A program made the position numbers and the translations under genes. 64,000 nt of DNA from positions 992,001 through 1,056,000 of the forward strand of contig OY771555.1 in the NCBI GenBank assembly GCA_963674785.1, given 5' to 3'. Positions 58,889 through 64,000 of the stretch are shown in pieces; position 1 is the first letter of the stretch; every line of letters starts with the position of its first letter. The DNA comes from Caldisericia bacterium. GTDB lineage: Bacteria > Caldisericota > Caldisericia > JAAYUI01. The notes under the pieces were generated by a model. The model made no database searches. It saw only the letters and a program-made list of their open reading frames with translations, and was not told the DNA's origin.

Positions 58889-59917
58889 TTATTCTCCCAA
58901 CAGAGCCGATTCCAATACCTTCGAAAGGTAGTTCAGAGCCTCGAAACTTCTCTCATAGTTCATTCGAAGAGGTCCGATCAGGGACAATACACCTATGGCA
59001 TCATCAACTTGATATGGTTTTCCAATATACACAGCGTTTGTTAGTTCAGGAATCCTGCTTTCAGAACCAATCACAATATCGAGGTCACCCTTTGTGATTG
59101 TATCAAGAAGCAACTCCTGAATTGTTTCTTTAACAGATATTATCTCAAGCAGTTGGTGTATATGTTCGGTAGAACCACCAAATGAAGGATTTCCAAACAA
59201 TCTGTGTGTTCCCTCTTGAAGAATTCTTATGACTTCACGAGAGGTAACCTCTCTGATGAGCTGAAGAACATTTAGGATGATATCTTTGTGGGCTTCGAAG
59301 TCTGTTCTTTCTCTTACGAGGTGTGAAAAAATTTGAATCGGTGTCCAGCTTGGGTTTGATTTGATACTTGTGAGAATCGCTGATGATATTGCATTTAGAA
59401 TATTCTGGTTAGGAGTTGATTTGATTGTCAACATGAATTCTCTTATGTCGTCAGCGTTAACAACCATCACTAGCAACACTTTGTTAGGTGGCACCGAAAC
59501 TAGATGGATTGACTTGAGTTTCAATCTCTGTGCGAGAGGGAAAAGTACTATTGAAACGGTCTGGGTGTACTCAGATAGAGAGCTTGATGCCGACCGAAGG
59601 ATTGAATTGAGATTATGTCTTTCAGGTATCTCAAAAGGAATCTCACTTGCCGCAGGATTTTTGTTTTGCAGTAGATTGTTGATGTATTTTCTATATCCTC
59701 TGTAGCTTGGAATCCTGCCTGAAGAGATGTGGGGTCTTATGACCAGACCTTCTGATTCGAGTCTTGCAAGCTCAGACCTTATTGTGGCTGACGAGACAGA
59801 GTATGGCATTTTGCTCGCGATTTCCTCTGATGAAATCGGTTCACCATTTTTTATGTAGCTTGAAATCAAAATCTTCAAAACAAGCCATGTTCTGTTCTCG
59901 CTATTTTCAGTAGTCAT
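58889..59917 (-). CDS. hrcA: heat-inducible transcription repressor
   Basis: SSATIRSELARLE...PHISSGRIPS...GYR; IGPLRMNY. Confidence 0.92.
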   Translation of the reverse strand: MTTENSENRTWLVLKILISSYIKNGEPISSEEIASKMPYSVSSATIRSELARLESEGLVIRPHISSGRIPSYRGYRKYINNLLQNKNPAASEIPFEIPERHNLNSILRSASSSLSEYTQTVSIVLFPLAQRLKLKSIHLVSVPPNKVLLVMVVNADDIREFMLTIKSTPNQNILNAISSAILTSIKSNPSWTPIQIFSHLVRERTDFEAHKDIILNVLQLIREVTSREVIRILQEGTHRLFGNPSFGGSTEHIHQLLEIISVKETIQELLLDTITKGDLDIVIGSESRIPELTNAVYIGKPYQVDDAIGVLSLIGPLRMNYERSFEALNYLSKVLESALLGE

Positions 59918-60038
59918 TACTAGACATATTATCTCACATAAGCTTTGGTTCATCAAGTGTTTTTACCTTTCCTATTGACTAATACTCACAATCGTGAGAC
60001 AATTACCGAGGTTTTTTAAGTGAAAGGTAGGATTATCC

Positions 60039-60578
60039 ATGGAAAAAGAGAGACTTTTTTATTCTGAAGATTATGATGACAGTAACGATGAGTCAAAAAA
60101 TGATGAAATCACAAAACTCATTGCTGCTGATAATGCAAGAACCCAGTACTCACAATGCACCTCTGAAATCAGAAGAATGATAACTCTTTCTAATGTCTAT
60201 TCGTTTGGATATGTGGTTTTGTTTGCACTTTTCCTGTGGCTTTCCTTTGCTGTTTTCCCGCAGCATAGATTTGCTTTTAACTTTGGCAACAGTACCTACT
60301 CTCCAGTTCTTGTGCCATCATTGCTTTCCGTGATTATGTCAATTGTTGTTCTTTCACTAAATCTTGTTATCCAATTTTTTGGATTTTTGAATGAGAGAAA
60401 AAACATAGCAAAACTTGATAAGCTCATCAGGCTAAACAAAAGGCTTGAACTCAAAGACTTGATGCTCAATTCAAATCTTTACAATACACCCGACATCAGA
60501 TCAAAGGCAATCTTTCATTTTGTAATGATTGTTGCGGGTCTGGTTGCTCTGATTTCATATATTGCAATTTATTTCTAA
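60039..60578 (+). CDS. hypothetical membrane protein (3 TM)
   Basis: hydrophobic segments; upstream TTGACT-17-GACAAT. Confidence 0.65.
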   Translation: MEKERLFYSEDYDDSNDESKNDEITKLIAADNARTQYSQCTSEIRRMITLSNVYSFGYVVLFALFLWLSFAVFPQHRFAFNFGNSTYSPVLVPSLLSVIMSIVVLSLNLVIQFFGFLNERKNIAKLDKLIRLNKRLELKDLMLNSNLYNTPDIRSKAIFHFVMIVAGLVALISYIAIYF

Positions 60579-60639
60579 TTTTAGCTGTCTTGACTGTAAC
60601 TGTACTAGGAGTTAACTGAATACTGTCTCGAAAGAGAAA

Positions 60640-60724
60640 ATATCGGGGTGCCGGAAGGCTGAGAGGAAACATATGTTTCCAACCCGCAGAACCTGATCTG
60701 GATAATGCCAGCGAAGGGAATGCA
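60640..60724 (+). promoter_or_regulatory. TPP riboswitch
   Basis: GGGGTGC...GCTGAGAG...ACCCG...ACCTGATCTGGATAATGCCAGCGAAGGGA; anti-SD CCTCC (60759-60763) can pair with GGAGG (60772-60776); precedes thiT. Confidence 0.95.
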
Positions 60725-60783
60725 AGTTTGTCCCAAATTTTTGGGATACCTTCCAACCCCTCCAGACTTAAGGAGGAAGACGT

Positions 60784-61569
60784 ATGGTTAATTACCTAAA
60801 TTTAGCCGCATCGCTACTTATTGCTGCAGGATTTATCTGGTTTGTTATTGCTACAAGGAAGATCGCATGGAAACCTATGGTTATTGCTGAAGTTGCAATT
60901 GCAGCAGGTCTATCACTAGTTTTTGGATTTCTAAAAATTGGGCAACTTCCACAAGGTGGGTCAATCACATTGGCAATTCTCCCGGTGCTTGTTATAGCCT
61001 TTAGAAGAGGTTTGGTGCCAGGTGTTGTAACAGGAGTTCTTGCTGGATTTTTACAGATGATATGTGACCCATTTTTTGTGCATCCACTACAGATTGCACT
61101 CGACTATCCATTCGCATGGGGAGCTTTAGGTCTTGCAGGGGTTGTTGTGAAAGATACCAGCAGAAAAAAATTCGTCTGGATTATCGGAATTGCGACACTA
61201 ATTGTGGTTGTTGGGTTTATTTCAACTTTTTTCATCCAGTCAGGAACTATTGTTTGGGATAGGTACGTGATGCTTGCGATATTGGTCATCTTCTTAGGCG
61301 CATCACTTTTCATATCTGGGAACGGATTCAAAGGTAAGATTGGAGCAGTTGCTCTTGGAAGTCTGGGAAGATTTATATTTCATTTTGTTTCCGGGGTTTT
61401 CTTTTTCGCTCAGTATGCTCTACCTGGATACAGCGTGGTTGGATATGTTGCCTTGTATATCTTCTCGCATCTTTTTTTCGAGGCGATCTTGTCAGCAATC
61501 GTTATAATCCCACTTCAAAGATCATCGAACTTGATGGAGTACCAAGAATCAGATAAAGTATCTGTGTGA
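60784..61569 (+). CDS. thiT: energy-coupled thiamine transporter S component, with extra TM segments
   Basis: LPQGGSIT, HPLQIALDY, RFIFHFVSGVFFF; TPP riboswitch upstream. Confidence 0.88.
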   Translation: MVNYLNLAASLLIAAGFIWFVIATRKIAWKPMVIAEVAIAAGLSLVFGFLKIGQLPQGGSITLAILPVLVIAFRRGLVPGVVTGVLAGFLQMICDPFFVHPLQIALDYPFAWGALGLAGVVVKDTSRKKFVWIIGIATLIVVVGFISTFFIQSGTIVWDRYVMLAILVIFLGASLFISGNGFKGKIGAVALGSLGRFIFHFVSGVFFFAQYALPGYSVVGYVALYIFSHLFFEAILSAIVIIPLQRSSNLMEYQESDKVSV

Positions 61570-62201
61570 CAGAGGAATATACGGTAAACCAAATATCAGA
61601 AGGATATTATGAGGATAGGAAGTCGGAGTTTTATGGAGTCTTGACTCCGACTTCTACGCCCGATGAATTCAAAGAATTTACTGACTCTCTCAGAAAAGAA
61701 CATCGAGAGATGTGTCATTTTTGTTCAGCATTCCGTATTAGAAACCAGATATTAACTGAGAAGGCGAGTGATGATGGTGAACCAAGCGGAACTGCTGGAA
61801 AACCAATTCTTGGAGCCTTGCAGAGAAAAAACCTAATGAATTGTGGTATTGTTGTTTACCGCAAGTTTGGTGGAACAAAGCTTGGTACTGGAGGTCTTGT
61901 TAAAGCATATGGGACAGCCGCAAGACTTGCCATAGAATCAGCCAAAATTGGTCAAATCATAGATATGCAAGGATTCTCATTTTCAGTTGATTATTCACTT
62001 TGGTCAAAACTTGAAAAAGAGATAAGAAATTATGACTCAAATCCTTTTTTAGACTATTCTGACTCTGTTGGAATTTCTTTGTTTGTGACTCCTGATCATA
62101 TTGATCAGTTTTTATCATCATTGAAAGAAATGACTGCTGGAAAAATAACACCACAAAAAACTGAAATAAAACCAGTTTTCAGACTCGCTGGAGGAAAATA
62201 A
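61566..62201 (+). CDS. YigZ/IMPACT family protein
   Basis: SDDGEPSGTAG, FGGTKLGTGGLVKAY. Confidence 0.93.
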   Translation: MTEEYTVNQISEGYYEDRKSEFYGVLTPTSTPDEFKEFTDSLRKEHREMCHFCSAFRIRNQILTEKASDDGEPSGTAGKPILGALQRKNLMNCGIVVYRKFGGTKLGTGGLVKAYGTAARLAIESAKIGQIIDMQGFSFSVDYSLWSKLEKEIRNYDSNPFLDYSDSVGISLFVTPDHIDQFLSSLKEMTAGKITPQKTEIKPVFRLAGGK

Positions 62202-62846
62202 ATGGCATTATTTGATAACTTCGCATCAGATTATGATAGTTTCTTTAACACGTCTTTGGGTAGAGCGGTTTTGGAAACAGAAAAAAACCTTATCATGAAA
62301 ATGATTTCTCCAGAAGCAGGACTTTCGGCTCTTGATGCGGGTTGCGGAACAGGTGTGTTTTCTGAGTTTTTGGTTAGAGCTGGAATGGATGTCACAGGCT
62401 TTGACGAGTCTCCAGAGATGCTTGGTATTGCAAGCAAAAAGAAGTCTTTAAAAACTGTCAGGATGGTGAGAGGGGATATTAATAAGCTGCCATTTGATTC
62501 AGATTGTTTTGACCGTGTACTTTGTGCGTTTGTGATTGAATTTATTCCCGATGCAAAACAGGTCATATCTGAACTGAAAAGGGTTTTAAAACCTGGTGGA
62601 ATACTTGTTGTTGCGACTCTTAATTCTGATGGAGCCTGGGCGCAGTCAAGAAAAGATGATGAATTTTGGAATAATGCAACTTTCAGAAACGAAAAAGCTT
62701 TGAAGGAAATTGGACTCGAAGACGCAGAGTTTGAGCAGTGTCTGTTTTTCCCACCAAATACAAAAAGATTTTTCAAGTTAGCAGATTGGTCGGCACGGAT
62801 TAAAAATGTTCCCGGTGCTGTTGTTTTTTCCAGGTGGGAAAAATGA
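62202..62846 (+). CDS. class I SAM-dependent methyltransferase
   Basis: LDAGCGTG, LPFDSDCFD, RVLKPGG. Confidence 0.92.
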   Translation: MALFDNFASDYDSFFNTSLGRAVLETEKNLIMKMISPEAGLSALDAGCGTGVFSEFLVRAGMDVTGFDESPEMLGIASKKKSLKTVRMVRGDINKLPFDSDCFDRVLCAFVIEFIPDAKQVISELKRVLKPGGILVVATLNSDGAWAQSRKDDEFWNNATFRNEKALKEIGLEDAEFEQCLFFPPNTKRFFKLADWSARIKNVPGAVVFSRWEK

Positions 62847-63091
62847 AGGTGTCTGCTCAACTGAGCCTTTATCCGCTTGAAACCTGTGAGATGAATGACG
62901 CCGTCATGAAGGGTATTTCTGCACTTGATGACTTTGATGTGACAGTTGATGTAGGTTCCATGTCAACGGTTATTATTGGGCAGATGCCTGAAGTAATGTC
63001 TGCAATATCAAAGCTTTTTGAAGCAACTGCAAAAACGCACAAAACTGTTTTGAATATAACTCTTTCAAATTCTTGTGGCTGTGATTTATGA
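62843..63091 (+). CDS. YkoF/thiamine-binding family protein
   Basis: SAQLSLYPL...VGSMSTVIIG; ATGA overlap. Confidence 0.8.
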   Translation: MKVSAQLSLYPLETCEMNDAVMKGISALDDFDVTVDVGSMSTVIIGQMPEVMSAISKLFEATAKTHKTVLNITLSNSCGCDL

Positions 63092-63143
63092 TTGAAATTG
63101 AATTACACTTCTTTTTTTGTAAAATTTTTTGTCGAGGTGAAAA

Positions 63144-63710
63144 ATGATCGCACATCTTAAGGGTACTGTTGAACATGTTGAGGATGAATTTTTGGTGCTT
63201 GATGTCCATGGTGTTGGATACAGGGTTTTTCATGCTGTGATTCCTGAACTTGCAGTTGGTAAAGAGCTGAAGATTCATATCGTTCATCAACAAAAAGAAG
63301 ATAGTGTCACCCTTTTTGGATTCAATACTGCTCAAGAGGCAACACTCATGAGAACGATTCAAGGTCGAGTTTCAGGGGTTGGTGGAAAAACCGCAATGAT
63401 GATAATGCGTTCACTCACACCGGGGCAGATCGCAGATGCAGTTATGAATGAGAGACCAGATGTTTTTAAAACTGTTCCAGGCATTGGCAAAAAAACTGCT
63501 GAGCGAATTGTGCTTGAGCTTCGAGATATTATGAGCAAACTTCCCGTTGTGCCTGGACAACTTCCAGCATCAGGAAGTATTGATGATGCAAGGGCTGCAC
63601 TTCGAGCTCTTGGTTTCACAATTGGTGAGGTCGAAAAATCTCTTGCGGGAATTGATAGGGAGTTATCATCTGAGGACATAATCCGCCTTGCCCTTGAAAA
63701 ATTGGGTTGA
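63144..63710 (+). CDS. ruvA: Holliday junction branch migration protein A
   Basis: DVHGVGY, VSGVGGKTA, VPGIGKKTAERIVLEL, ALRALGF. Confidence 0.96.
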   Translation: MIAHLKGTVEHVEDEFLVLDVHGVGYRVFHAVIPELAVGKELKIHIVHQQKEDSVTLFGFNTAQEATLMRTIQGRVSGVGGKTAMMIMRSLTPGQIADAVMNERPDVFKTVPGIGKKTAERIVLELRDIMSKLPVVPGQLPASGSIDDARAALRALGFTIGEVEKSLAGIDRELSSEDIIRLALEKLG

Positions 63711-63771
63711 TTAAGAACTAAAAACATCCTTTCGAGGTACTATTTCTAAAGACTAATTGGAGGTTTTTGAC

Positions 63772-64000
63772 ATGAAAAACCTGAAGATACTTCTTGTTAT
63801 TTTGCTATTTTTTTCAATGTTTTCTGGAGTGGTCGATATTTCTGCGGAGGAATCTTTTCAATATGTCAGCAGGATAATCGTTTTATCTGAAATTTCTGAT
63901 TTTTTTAGTGCCGAAAATCTCCAAAATCAAACAATAAAATCTCAATCAGATGTTATCTCAATTCTAGAGGAACTTGCGCAAACGGGAGATGTTATAGATT
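63772..64000 (+). CDS. partial secreted protein, runs off the window
   Basis: GGAGG RBS; MKNLKILLVILLFFSMFSG signal peptide; open to the window end. Confidence 0.65.
   Translation, partial: MKNLKILLVILLFFSMFSGVVDISAEESFQYVSRIIVLSEISDFFSAENLQNQTIKSQSDVISILEELAQTGDVID

Noticed and set aside
59979-60004. Degenerate CIRCE (CTAATACTC-N8-GAGACAATT)
   Set aside because: Wrong spacer and many mismatches; better explained as the TTGACT-17-GACAAT promoter of the 60039 gene
62231-62860. Long antisense ORFs (also e.g. 2515-3129, 9136-9639, 21542-21982)
   Set aside because: Shadow frames opposite well-supported genes, with no motifs or RBS
23758-63143. A single 39-kb genomic island between ruvC and ruvA
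   Set aside because: Contains core genes (tpiA, rpsU, ybeY, rsmE, hrcA); no integrase and no matching repeat seen near ruvA

Overview
Bacterial chromosomal window of moderately low GC. Secreted proteins with C-terminal copper-amine-oxidase N-terminal ('stalk') domains and PQQ-like propellers suggest a Caldisericia-like lineage (inference only). Housekeeping blocks: fabZ-fabH-fabG-acpP-fabF-accD-accA; arcC with a cmk-plsC fusion; pdxS-pdxT-yebC-ruvC; a minus-strand hrcA-rsmE-mtaB-hit-rpsU-pgpH-ybeY-dgkA-CNNM-tpiA run; a TPP-riboswitch thiT operon; ruvA. An accessory-looking stretch from about 23.7 to 45 kb begins with a synonymously diverged second copy of the ruvC 3' end and REP/REPIN-like palindromes. 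It carries umuC-umuD, two HEPN/Abi-like genes, a TAG-interrupted NucS-like/DUF5655 gene, an S41 peptidase-EVE fusion joined by an A-AAA-AAG slippery site, two Cys-rich membrane proteins, and, divergent from those, a redoxin + dual MacB-permease (PKGCPY) ABC operon. The best candidates for new biology are this Cys-motif ABC locus, the ruvC/REPIN insertion scar, the possible frameshift in S41-EVE, and a 1.9-kaa surface protein with nested domains. No rRNA, tRNA, CRISPR array, integrase or transposase was recognised. All family assignments are from motif recognition by eye, not database searches.
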